Origin: an uncultured Nitrososphaeraceae archaeon
Lineage (GTDB): Archaea; Thermoproteota; Nitrososphaeria; Nitrososphaerales; Nitrososphaeraceae
Length of the DNA stretch: 64,000 bases
Assembly (NCBI GenBank): GCA_963765895.1
Contig: CAVXZB010000024.1
Span: 1 to 64,000 of the forward strand
Reading direction: 5' to 3'
Position numbers and translations under genes: made by a program. The notes below the pieces were generated by a model that was given only the letters and a program-made list of their open reading frames with translations, made no database searches and was not told where the DNA came from. Of the stretch, positions 43,828 to 53,472 are shown in pieces. How positions within the stretch are numbered: position 1 is the first letter of the stretch; every line of letters starts with the position of its first letter.

Positions 43828-44820
43828 CTAACTTATCATACCAGCATACATGAAAGGCAACAAGGTAGTTACCTCCCCATGAATGGTGATCTGCTTTGCC
43901 ATTGTTCTAACTTTTCCCCAAGAAATGGCTTCAGCGACTTTTGCACCGCTGAGACTACCGTCCCACTCCGCTCCCGTAGTCACATATACGGCATAATCTA
44001 AACCACCTCTAAATTGGTTCCACCAAAGGGTATGATGCTTAGAAATTCCTCCGCCTAACATAAAAGCCCCCGTTTTCTTAGCCTCGTATATTACATCAGA
44101 TAACTTCGATTGATCACTCAGAAGATTAAGCTTAAAATCTTTATGATTTTGATAAAATAACCATATTTGGCTTCCGACTGCGCCGTCGAGGATGCCAGGA
44201 ACTATTACTGGAATATTATTTTTGTTTGCCCAATACAAAAATGAAGTTTCGTCCAATCTGCTGCCGATATATTTAGTAATATCAAAACTAGAAAATTCTT
44301 TAGTGTCGCTTTCTCTATACATTTCCATTAACCATTTTTGCATTTTTTTCTCTATTAATGGCCCATAGTTTTCATTAGGAATTAGTACATTGCCCAGACG
44401 GTGTATTTTTTTATCGTGTAGGAGGCTGTCGTCTATCTCGAACTCACCAGCGAAATATTTTTCATACGTCCTTGCGATATCGTGGTCAAGGGCACCGCAT
44501 GTGGTTATCACACATTGAAACATATTGTCCTTTAACATGTCACGTATTATTCCCCGGGTGCCCGTCGAGATAATTGCTGCTACAAAAGAAAGAAATCTAG
44601 TACATTTGCTGTCATTGCGCATAGTTCTGAGTATATTGATGCCGGTTGCGAGATTTCTAGACTCAAATCCTCCGGAGCTTGACATTGATCGAATTATAGA
44701 ACCAACATCATCTGATCTAATTGAGAAATCAGCTATGTTCTCTGTCAATAAGGATTTCTTTCTGATCTTATTTCTATACTCGGTTCTGTTTCTGTTTCTG
44801 TGTGGTACGGCCATAGTCAT
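43828..44820 (-). CDS. dys: Deoxyhypusine synthase (canonical type)
   Basis: IHRLGNV, PGILDGAVG, GGGISKHH, DGSLSGA..EAISWGK (catalytic Lys). Confidence 0.9.
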   Translation of the reverse strand: MTMAVPHRNRNRTEYRNKIRKKSLLTENIADFSIRSDDVGSIIRSMSSSGGFESRNLATGINILRTMRNDSKCTRFLSFVAAIISTGTRGIIRDMLKDNMFQCVITTCGALDHDIARTYEKYFAGEFEIDDSLLHDKKIHRLGNVLIPNENYGPLIEKKMQKWLMEMYRESDTKEFSSFDITKYIGSRLDETSFLYWANKNNIPVIVPGILDGAVGSQIWLFYQNHKDFKLNLLSDQSKLSDVIYEAKKTGAFMLGGGISKHHTLWWNQFRGGLDYAVYVTTGAEWDGSLSGAKVAEAISWGKVRTMAKQITIHGEVTTLLPFMYAGMIS

Positions 44821-45309
44821 CTTACTATTACAGTGGAATAAAATTTCTTGCTAGTAGTCTAGAGACTATCTTTATTTTGGATGATCTTTAAGTTGTTACA
44901 CAAGTGGTATGACTGTATCGCCCTAAACAATTTCAACTCGGATAAGTCAGGAACTCTTTATTTTATTGGTTGTCAATATCAAATCATCAAAGCTTGGATA
45001 ATTTATAAACGGTTAGTCGATATTCAAAGTATAGGCAAGTCATATTCAGCTCATCCAAGTCATTAGTTTCGAGGTAAAGCAGTCTAGACAGTCTCAGCTG
45101 TCTTATTTGATTACACCTAATTTTCAGCATAGGAAATATTCACGGATACTCGCTGAATGTCACTTCGATATAATTTAGATTCCTGTTGTTGTAATTCCAC
45201 TGATATTTATAATTGATAATTGGACTATCAAGCCATTAGAAACTTCTGAATCGATGTTGACAATCACAGACTGGACTATGCAATTTTTAAAAGTAACTGG
45301 CATTAATGA

Positions 45310-46389
45310 TTGCAAATGGATAATTATCATGCGTTCACGGGTAGGAAAATAGATCCCCCTAGTATTAGTGAAAATATGACTGTGTCTAAACTTATAGAGT
45401 ATTTTGGTTCAACTGGATATAATGCGCGTCGTCTGGCAGAGGCAGCCAGTATATTTAAACACATGATCGATAGTAATGCGACAATCTGTCTAACTATAGC
45501 AGGAGCCATGACTCCAGCAGGAATAGGTGGAGCCATCAAAATAATGATTGAAAAAGGTTTCGTTGACTGGATAGTTTCTACCGGGGCAAATATTTATCAC
45601 GATCTACATTTTGCGTATGGCCTACCAGTACGTCAAGGCCATTTCAATGTAGACGATGACATCCTCTATTCCAAACAAATAGTTAGGATATACGACGTCT
45701 ATATTAAGGAAACAGGAACGCTCCAAGCGCAAGATATCATAGTTCAAAACGACGTCAGAAATGGTATGAAATATACGTCTGATCTCAATTCAACTGCTGA
45801 TGTATCGCATATTCTTGGGAGAGCTGCGAAAGCAAATTCACATTTTCCTGAAAAATCATTTACAGTGGCGGCCTTCGAAAATGACATTCCAATCTACATC
45901 CCTGCGATTAGTGACTCCTCTATAGGGTTGAATATGTTGCCTTTATTATTTGATGACCAGCACATGCCCTTTAATGTCATAAACGATGTAGCCGAATCAG
46001 CCGCCATCCTCTGGAAGTCTCGAAAATCCGGCGCACTGGAACTAGGCGGAGGAGTTCCAAAAAATTTTTTTCAACAAACCGGTCCGACACTATACCAAAT
46101 ACTGAAACTAAAGGAAGGCGGCCACGATTACATTATTCAGTTAACTGATGCAAGACCAGACACCGGCGGATTATCTGGGGCGACGATACAGGAAGGAAAA
46201 AGCTGGGGTAAAATCAAGACCTCCCATTCAGGCAACGTAATTGTATATGGTGATGCTTCCGTGTATTTTCCAATATTGTGTGCTTATGCCATTTCTGAGT
46301 GTAAACCCCGTAAGCAGAAGAGGATTTTTGCATGTAAGACTAAGTGGACGAAGGAGATGAAAGAAATTTATCTTAACAAGAAAAGGTAA
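45310..46389 (+). CDS. Deoxyhypusine synthase-like paralog (SpeY/homospermidine synthase-like)
   Basis: TIAGAMTPAG, STGANIYHD, RIYDV, GGGVPKNF, TDARPDTGGLSGAT..EGKSWGK. Confidence 0.88.
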   Translation: MQMDNYHAFTGRKIDPPSISENMTVSKLIEYFGSTGYNARRLAEAASIFKHMIDSNATICLTIAGAMTPAGIGGAIKIMIEKGFVDWIVSTGANIYHDLHFAYGLPVRQGHFNVDDDILYSKQIVRIYDVYIKETGTLQAQDIIVQNDVRNGMKYTSDLNSTADVSHILGRAAKANSHFPEKSFTVAAFENDIPIYIPAISDSSIGLNMLPLLFDDQHMPFNVINDVAESAAILWKSRKSGALELGGGVPKNFFQQTGPTLYQILKLKEGGHDYIIQLTDARPDTGGLSGATIQEGKSWGKIKTSHSGNVIVYGDASVYFPILCAYAISECKPRKQKRIFACKTKWTKEMKEIYLNKKR

Positions 46390-46418
46390 TTAATACTCGT
46401 AGAATTAGGCTTTAGAGT

Positions 46419-46880
46419 ATGTCCAATATTAGAAGTGGTAACTTTTTGATACGTGAATTAGACAATGCTGATCTGGATAACGGTTTTTACGAAAGTTTGT
46501 CCAACTTATCAAATGTATCTGGGATGGACCGCTTACGAGCTCTGCAGTTGTTTGATTTTATTAAATCTGATCCACAACACAAAATTTTCGTAGCAGTCCT
46601 TAATGATGGAACTGTAATAGGTTCAATAACAGTATTAATAGAGAAGAAGTTTATTCATAATTGTGGAAAAGCTGCCCATATAGAAGATGTTGTAACGCGC
46701 AAGGGACATGAAGGTATGGGGATCGGGTCAGCTCTAGTGAAAAGGGCGCTTGATTTTTCGGCCAGCGTTGGCTGCTATAAAGTTATTTTGGATTGTTCGG
46801 AAAGAAATGTAGCATTTTATGAAAATAATGGATTCAAAAGGTATGGGGTAGCGATGAGATACGATCTGTCTAGCACATAA
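46419..46880 (+). CDS. GNAT acetyltransferase, glucosamine-6-phosphate N-acetyltransferase (GNA1)-like
   Basis: IEKKFIH, HIEDVV..GMGIG, GCYKVILDC..NVAFYE..GF. Confidence 0.85.
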   Translation: MSNIRSGNFLIRELDNADLDNGFYESLSNLSNVSGMDRLRALQLFDFIKSDPQHKIFVAVLNDGTVIGSITVLIEKKFIHNCGKAAHIEDVVTRKGHEGMGIGSALVKRALDFSASVGCYKVILDCSERNVAFYENNGFKRYGVAMRYDLSST

Positions 46881-47264
46881 TGGGACGGAGGATATGCATT
46901 TGTTCGAAATGAACATTTATTACTCCTGACACATTAAATAGTCAGTCAATTTCCTAGTAAGTATTCAGCCGGTTGATATGTTAGGAGAGCCAACTAATCT
47001 ATATCGTAGAACAGTATCATATCCTAAAGACACTATTGCTAATATCGTACTAAGTAAAATCAAATTATGGTGACACTATAAGACATACATACAATCTTCA
47101 AGTCCTACTTTTGAGTAAAAACCTAATTGAAAATAATTGGTGATTAAGGACAATAAAAAAATTAGGTTCACATTCATTACGCCAACCCGCAAATAAAAAG
47201 TTTTGACGATAAAATATCAATTGAAAGCAAACAATGCTACCAGGCAGATCGATGAAAGAGGCTA

Positions 47265-48179
47265 AGAACTTATCCCAAAATAGATAGACATATAGCTTGT
47301 GAGGGTTTTGTTCATAAGTGTGGCTTATGAAGGTCAAGTATCTTCCAACTGTCAAAAGAATCCCTGATGCGTTAAGGAATGAGGCCAGGTTGTTGATACT
47401 TCCAATAGAAAAACCAAATAGCACCACAGGACATTCAGCAGTACCATTTAGAAAGGTACTGGATAGCATTCTACATGTATTAAGAAATTGATGTCAGTGG
47501 AAGTTGAATCCAAATGAAGATGATTAGGGGTCGACATCATACAAGATTCCGGCAATGATCAATATCAAAGATATTTGAAAGATTATGGACTAGACTTGCA
47601 AAAAGTGTAGGATGACGGCCGGCTATGCATTCAATAGGGGGCAATAGCAATAGTGTATGTAAAGGCACATTTAGTCGATAATGACTCGTTGAACCCAAAT
47701 CTTACAATTAGAGATAAGTCAGTTATGGACAAAACATCATCGTTTATTGACTGATGAGTAAGGTGTTCCATTATATGTTGTTGTAACTGCAGAGAATACC
47801 CATGATATGAACGGCACTATGAATATGCGATAATATTGTAGTCAAAAAGACCATCATCTATGATATATAAAGGAACAGAATCTTTATCTTGATAAAGGAT
47901 ATGACTTTCAAGCGATCGAAGTGTACGAACCAATAAAGGATATCTACCACATATTTGACATAGAGGAGAACAATCAGTTACAAAGATTAATGGTGGTAAT
48001 AATCATTGTCATCATGCTAGAAGAAGATTGGTTGTAGGAACAACTAACTCTTGGCACAACAGGTTCAGAAGACTTTTAGTTGGATATGAGAAGAAGTTAG
48101 GAAGGTATTTTGCGTTAGTAGTAGTATGTTTAGGCTGTTGTATAGTTATCTATAGGAGAATAATTTTGGGATAGGCTCT
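47265..48179 (+). mobile_element. Decayed IS5-family insertion sequence (transposase pseudogene)
   Basis: Terminal inverted repeats AGAACTTATCCCAAAAT (47265-47281) and ATTTTGGGATAGGCTCT (48163-48179) match 15/17. Broken frames read RIPD..VPFRKVLDSILHVLR..CQWK, LYLDKGYD, TNSWHNRFRRL..YEKK..IYRRIILG. Confidence 0.85.
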
Positions 48180-48330
48180 ACGTATCAACTTGTAACGAAG
48201 ATACCATATCGTATTTGCCAATGGATTCGTGTCCTGTTTCAGCGACATGGGATTCCACGTCTGATTTGAATATAAAATCGAACTTGCAAATATGACAAAT
48301 CCAAACGCTCTTAAGATCATCATAATTCAT
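48178..48330 (-). CDS. 50-aa C2H2 zinc-finger microprotein
   Basis: MNYDDLKSVWICHICKFDFIFKSDVESHVAETGH.., with C-x2-C-x3-F-x8-H-x5-H. The likely start is the ATG at 48330 rather than 48492. Confidence 0.72.
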   Translation of the reverse strand: MNYDDLKSVWICHICKFDFIFKSDVESHVAETGHESIGKYDMVSSLQVDT

Positions 48331-48492
48331 GGAAAATGTATTGAAAAAACTTTGGTTATAAAGAGTCGGTATATATTTAGTAGAGGTTTTCACGATGATA
48401 ACTTCTAGAAGAAAAGAACAAAGTAATCTTCTAGCGCATGTGACTCGGGATATAAAATTTGAGCCAGTCTGAAATAACTCTTCTTGGTCCAT

Positions 48493-48930
48493 TTAAGCTG
48501 ATTTTTGGATCATTGATTTTAGTTTTGCTTTTAGGTTCGACATCCCAATAGGCTTTATTATAAAATCTTTGACATCTATGGATGGCAATACCTTGCTGAA
48601 TTCTTCTTGGTTAATCTCGAATGCAGTGATAAATGCTATTTTCAGAGATGAATTTTTCTCTTTAATACGTCTATATAGTTCAAAACCGTTCATTTTAGGC
48701 ATCCTAATGTCAGTAAGTACCAGATCATAATAGTTTTCAGGATGACTTTCTACTGCTTTTAGGGCCTCTTCAGCATTTGAATATGTCTCAACATTAAATC
48801 TGTCCTGCGAGGAACTATCATTGTCAAAGAAAGATGATTCCAGGTCCCGTTTAATTATACGTAATATATCCTTCTCATCATCAACAACCAAGATTCTAGG
48901 TCGTTCGTCTTCTATTCGATTGTTGATCAT
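48493..48930 (-). CDS. Stand-alone response-regulator receiver protein
   Basis: ILVVDDE, LTDIRMPKMNGFEL, FITAF, IIKP. Confidence 0.93.
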   Translation of the reverse strand: MINNRIEDERPRILVVDDEKDILRIIKRDLESSFFDNDSSSQDRFNVETYSNAEEALKAVESHPENYYDLVLTDIRMPKMNGFELYRRIKEKNSSLKIAFITAFEINQEEFSKVLPSIDVKDFIIKPIGMSNLKAKLKSMIQKSA

Positions 48931-49407
48931 TGACTATTGAAAAAAATGACTAATATTTAATGTTATCAAACAATTTACTGTAATACTTGACCTTGAAAGT
49001 ATTGACGGTTAGCAATAATTTTTCATCTATCAGTAATAGATAGGAGATAGGACTGCATCACAAAAAGGAGTTGATAATATTTCAAATTGAATTTATAACT
49101 AATGAATTAGTTAAACAAAAAATATTCCCAAAGAAAATTAGTATGAGATATGTTACCTATCGCTTAAAAGACATGCTATCGCTCATAATTCGTTATGCAT
49201 CCCGATGACCTAAAGATAATATGGATTTGCCAAGATTGTGACTCACATTTCATATTCTATTCCGACGTAATTGATCATAAAGAGCAGACTGGTCATTCAA
49301 AATTAATAAAGAATAGTATAATGTCCAACGAATCCATTGAAAAATAGTCTCAGAATTTTAGCCTAGTGTTGATTTGTTCATCTATTTAGTACTGAGCTAC
49401 ACGGGTT

Positions 49408-51354
49408 CTATGATATACAGATACGCATTTTCTTTATCTCACACCCAATGGAATGCAAAAGGTAAATGTCGCACCTCGTTCGGGTACCGTTATTATCTGC
49501 CCAAATTTTTCCGCCGTGTGCCTCGATTATGCTTCGTGAAATGAACAGCCCCAACCCTGTCCCATTTTCGGACTTTGACGCAAATTTAGAAAAGAGTCTT
49601 GGGAGAATTTCGGAATCTATTCCAAGACCGGTGTCCCGAACCGAGACAGTAACTTGATTTGGCGATTTTTGGACTTCTACTGAAATCGAACCTCTTTCAG
49701 AAAATTTTACGGCATTACTAAGTAAATTGGAAGCTACCTGATACAGTCTCCCCTTATCTGCAAAGACATCAACGTTAACCGGTTTGTAAAGTACTTGAAT
49801 ATATTGAAGCTCTGGGTTATTTGCAATCTGCAGTTTTACATCTTGTCCTGCTGCTGCTAGGACATCGTTCAAGTTGAACAGCTCTTTGCGAAGTTTAAGG
49901 CTCTTGCTCTCAATTTTGGTGACGTCCAAAATATCGGACGCAAGACGATCAAGTCTCTTTGCATTACGAATTATAGACTTAATTTGTTCATTGTCAAGGA
50001 ACGTTGGCTCTATTCCCGTGTTAACCTGTCTTTCCATGTATTCGGCATCCCCTAAAATGGGCATTATTGGCGTACGGAGTTCGTGCGCTGCGATATTAAT
50101 GAATTCTTTTTGCATCTTGTCGTGGACTTTAAGTTGTTCATTTGCGCTTGCAAGTAACCTGTTGGATTCGATCAAGGATTGGTTGGCATTCTTTAGCTCA
50201 CTAGTTCTAGTATTAACTGCCGTTACCAATCTTCTATTCCAAGAGAGGATCAGAAAGGCCATACCCATGGAGATAGCGGCAATGGTAGCAACAACTATTG
50301 TACTAAAATTCTTTTGTTGGTCAATCAAGTATCCCACATCGCTCGTCAAATTGTGCGGGGATCCTATAAATATAGTCCAGAGATGCTTTCCGTTAATTAG
50401 GACAGGTTGGTAAGAAATGGTACTTGTATTACCACGAAAAGTGATATCTTCTGCGCCAGGACTATCTCCCAAAGATCGCTTTAATATGCTATTGTATGAT
50501 CTTTTTGCGTCTGCAGGAATAGTGGATTGGAACTCATCCGATAGATAGTTTTTGCCTACAAGAGTGTGATTTCTTGCATAGATAAAAACGCCATTCTCAT
50601 CCATCAGGCCTAAACTACTTATAAAGTAAGGCGAGAGTCCTTTCTGTAAGAATTTCCCAATAGTTTGTACGCTAATTGCAGCGATTATAATTCCTCCAAA
50701 CTTTCTTGTTTCAGTGGAGTTTCGTGAACTGGTCGAATTTAAATCTGACTTATTCGGTTCGAATATCGGATATGAAATATACAATCTAGGGATTTTATCA
50801 GGCGATTCGAATATGCTGCTGTAGTATGGAACTCGCAAATCTCTTGGAACTTTGAAAAATTCACGGTCACTCAGATTGAATCCCTTATATTTTTTCAGAG
50901 TCTGGGCATCTATATTACTCCAGGTAACAATTCTGCCTTGTTTATCAAGCCAATAGTAACCATCGGTCAATTGTTTGGTAGAATCCTGTGCCGCGTTAAG
51001 CAATACTTGTCCTGTCTTGGCTTGACTAGCGTTTTGGAGCGGAGGTGCGTTTGTGAGGGCTTGTAAGTTGTTAGTAACTGAATCTATACTGTGGACTAGA
51101 ATTTGGGATAGATCATGTGCTTCTATCTTTGCGTTGGATCGCACATCCATTGAGGCAATTTGCGATATTTCGTTTGCCGTAATCGTGGAATACTGATATG
51201 AAATTGCAGACAAAAATATCCCGATGGCTGCAATAGAAAGTAAGATCGCAAGATTACTCTTTGTTAGCGTTGTTTTTATCAAGAGATGATATCTATTTCT
51301 ACCATATTCTGATACATAAAGTATGAATATCGATCTTCTATCATATTTTATCAC
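49408..51354 (-). CDS. Membrane sensor histidine kinase with Cache-type extracellular domain (C-terminal 1-bp frameshift)
   Basis: Two TM segments, Cache-like LSDREFF..PYYS, H-box AAHELRTP, N-box NLLSNAVKF, DTGLGI, GTGLGL. Removing one C near 49482 restores GATFTFCIPL. Confidence 0.92.
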   Translation of the reverse strand: MIKYDRRSIFILYVSEYGRNRYHLLIKTTLTKSNLAILLSIAAIGIFLSAISYQYSTITANEISQIASMDVRSNAKIEAHDLSQILVHSIDSVTNNLQALTNAPPLQNASQAKTGQVLLNAAQDSTKQLTDGYYWLDKQGRIVTWSNIDAQTLKKYKGFNLSDREFFKVPRDLRVPYYSSIFESPDKIPRLYISYPIFEPNKSDLNSTSSRNSTETRKFGGIIIAAISVQTIGKFLQKGLSPYFISSLGLMDENGVFIYARNHTLVGKNYLSDEFQSTIPADAKRSYNSILKRSLGDSPGAEDITFRGNTSTISYQPVLINGKHLWTIFIGSPHNLTSDVGYLIDQQKNFSTIVVATIAAISMGMAFLILSWNRRLVTAVNTRTSELKNANQSLIESNRLLASANEQLKVHDKMQKEFINIAAHELRTPIMPILGDAEYMERQVNTGIEPTFLDNEQIKSIIRNAKRLDRLASDILDVTKIESKSLKLRKELFNLNDVLAAAGQDVKLQIANNPELQYIQVLYKPVNVDVFADKGRLYQVASNLLSNAVKFSERGSISVEVQKSPNQVTVSVRDTGLGIDSEILPRLFSKFASKSENGTGLGLFISRSIIEAHGGKIWADNNGTRTRCDIYLLHSIGCEIKKMRICIS

Positions 51355-51758
51355 AAATATTTTAGCATGTTAAGAGGTCAAGTAGGGTGAACTATGCTTG
51401 TTGGTCTTCGATTTGATGAGTTTAGGTATCGTTGCAAATCTCTTGTTTGATGGCTATGTAATATTTTCTTGAAATTGACAAGAATTGTTTTTATCCTAAC
51501 TATGGGGGCAGCTATCGAATTCTGCTAACAGTCATCAGTCAAGAGGGGTTTTAGGCAAAAGATAACTGTAATAGTACGATATTTCAGACCATTTTTGAAA
51601 CAGCTTTGCAAAGATCTGTTGCGGACAAGAGATACATATCCAGATATACAAACGGATTTAGTATTTTCTTTATTCTAAATAACGAATTCTGTTTATGGAA
51701 AATATATATCTGCTCTGGGCATAATTAGTTTTATATCAGTTTAGTCAATTACAAATAC

Positions 51759-52028
51759 GTGACTCTACCAAGATCCTGCTCTTTTAGGTCCCAGCAAACT
51801 AATTGTAATTTGCCCCCTAATTATATACTTTCACTTGAAGATAATGATAATAACGAATACATGATTGGGGCGGTTTGCGACATACATAAGGAGGCTGTAA
51901 AGGCTAGAATTCAAGCCTTGCAAGCTCGTTCAAAAATACCTAGTGGCAAAATAAAATTCAATCCGGTAGTGTTTCTTGGAACGAATTGTTTGAAGATACC
52001 ATACGAGGAGTATGAAAATTCTCGATAA
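51759..52028 (+). CDS. Small Cys/His-containing hypothetical protein
   Basis: 89-aa ORF with C..C..CDIH..C pattern; TATA-like TTTATAT about 25 bp upstream. Confidence 0.65.
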   Translation: MTLPRSCSFRSQQTNCNLPPNYILSLEDNDNNEYMIGAVCDIHKEAVKARIQALQARSKIPSGKIKFNPVVFLGTNCLKIPYEEYENSR

Positions 52029-52077
52029 AGCTGATGGATCTGGCGTCCCCGATAACCTAAAATTTTATCATAATTGT

Positions 52078-52429
52078 CTACTAGCTGACAAGCTAATTTA
52101 GTATGAAAATCACTTGATAGACAATAGAAGATAATGTTAAACTCGTGCCGTTGAAAGAGATCAAAATATATACCACGGATTATAGCAAGGAAAATTATCT
52201 ATCCTTATAGCCTTGCGTAAAGACCAAGTAGCCTTATAAGAGGCGCTAGGAGACATCAACATCATGTTCTTATTCTTCGAAACAGAATTAATCCACCAAT
52301 AGCATTACTGCAGGTATAATAAAGGATGATATACAGTAGCTAATTGATTGTGAAGATCTCTTTGGAATTTGTCCGTGAACAAAGCTGGATCAAGGCCAGT
52401 CTGCCCGAAATCAGGTTGTCAGCTACTAG
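52078..52429. mobile_element. Possible MITE/IS remnant bounded by 14-bp inverted repeats
   Basis: CTACTAGCTGACAA (52078-52091) and TTGTCAGCTACTAG (52416-52429) match 13/14 inside an 800-bp ORF-poor gap. Confidence 0.3.
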
Positions 52430-52833
52430 TGAGTCTTGCTAGATCAGCAACTAGGGAAAACTAACAAACGCCTTCTGTAGAAATGATTACGTCAGGGCGC
52501 AAAGTTCATAATTCTTCCGTATGATTGAATAAATGTTGCACTTTAATGTGTAATAATGTTAGCCCGCTGGCTCAGGTTCTACTGCACTAAAAACTTTTGA
52601 TAATAGTAATTGCAACACGAGATGAGACTTGATATTGGTACATCCTCAAATGCTTAAAGACGAGGGTGGTTCGATTGTTCTATGCAGTACACTTGTAGTT
52701 CAGTATGGTAGACGATCTTTTCATCCTATTTAATTGTCAATCTATCTAAAACTGAAATTGATAGTTAATACGATCCGATTTATTAATAAACAAATGAAAT
52801 GTTTAAAGCATCTATCATTTCAGCCTTGATAAG

Positions 52834-53457
52834 ATGGATCCGACAGATAAGGCCATTCTAGTGTCGCTATATATAAGCTCATTAGATCCAACACAAGCTC
52901 CGCTAGAAAGGATTAGAACTCGCTTTCCATTGCCTAACGACATTTATAATAACAGAATTAAAGATCTAGTCTCCAAAGGATTAGTTGAAAAAAATGCTGA
53001 TAGGCTTACCTTTATAGGCAGAGACGCTATTAAGGTGGTTTTGGTAGGTGGAGTGTTTGATCTGATCCATCCTGGCCACATTCGGACCTTGCTCGGAGCA
53101 AGATCACATGGAGATGTTTTGATAGTGGTTATTGCACGAACCTCTACTGCACTTAAGTTAAAGAAATACAGACAAATTTATCATGATGAAGATTTGCGTA
53201 GGGAATTGGTATCATCCCTGAGTTTTGTTAATCTAGCTGTAATTGGCAGAGAAAGCTCACTTTATGATACTGTCGAATTTATCAAACCTGATATTATTGC
53301 GCTGGGATACGATCAGACCCACAGCGAGAAAGAAATTGCAGAGAACTGTCGAAAGAGGAATCTAAACGTTAGGGTAATCAGGTTAAATACGCCAGTACCG
53401 AAGATCAAAAGCTCTAAGATAAAAGAAGAACTTGGAGAATCAATTTATGGGATATAA
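52834..53457 (+). CDS. ribL: FAD synthase (cytidylyltransferase family) with N-terminal extension
   Basis: GGVFDLIHPGH, PDIIALGYDQ, SSKIK; adjacent to riboflavin kinase. Confidence 0.82.
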   Translation: MDPTDKAILVSLYISSLDPTQAPLERIRTRFPLPNDIYNNRIKDLVSKGLVEKNADRLTFIGRDAIKVVLVGGVFDLIHPGHIRTLLGARSHGDVLIVVIARTSTALKLKKYRQIYHDEDLRRELVSSLSFVNLAVIGRESSLYDTVEFIKPDIIALGYDQTHSEKEIAENCRKRNLNVRVIRLNTPVPKIKSSKIKEELGESIYGI

Positions 53458-53472
53458 TCGATTGACCGAATT

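Noticed and set aside
42341-45066. Short ORFs at 42341, 43525, 43744 and 44881
   Set aside because: They have no motifs and lie in AT-rich intergenic or antisense positions, with no independent support.
45086-45103. AGACAG-N6-CTGTCT palindrome between the DHS paralogs
   Set aside because: It has only 6-bp arms and a single occurrence, which is expected by chance.
47098-47469. 123-aa minus-strand ORF
   Set aside because: It straddles the IS5 left end, antisense to the transposase remnant, and has no motif.
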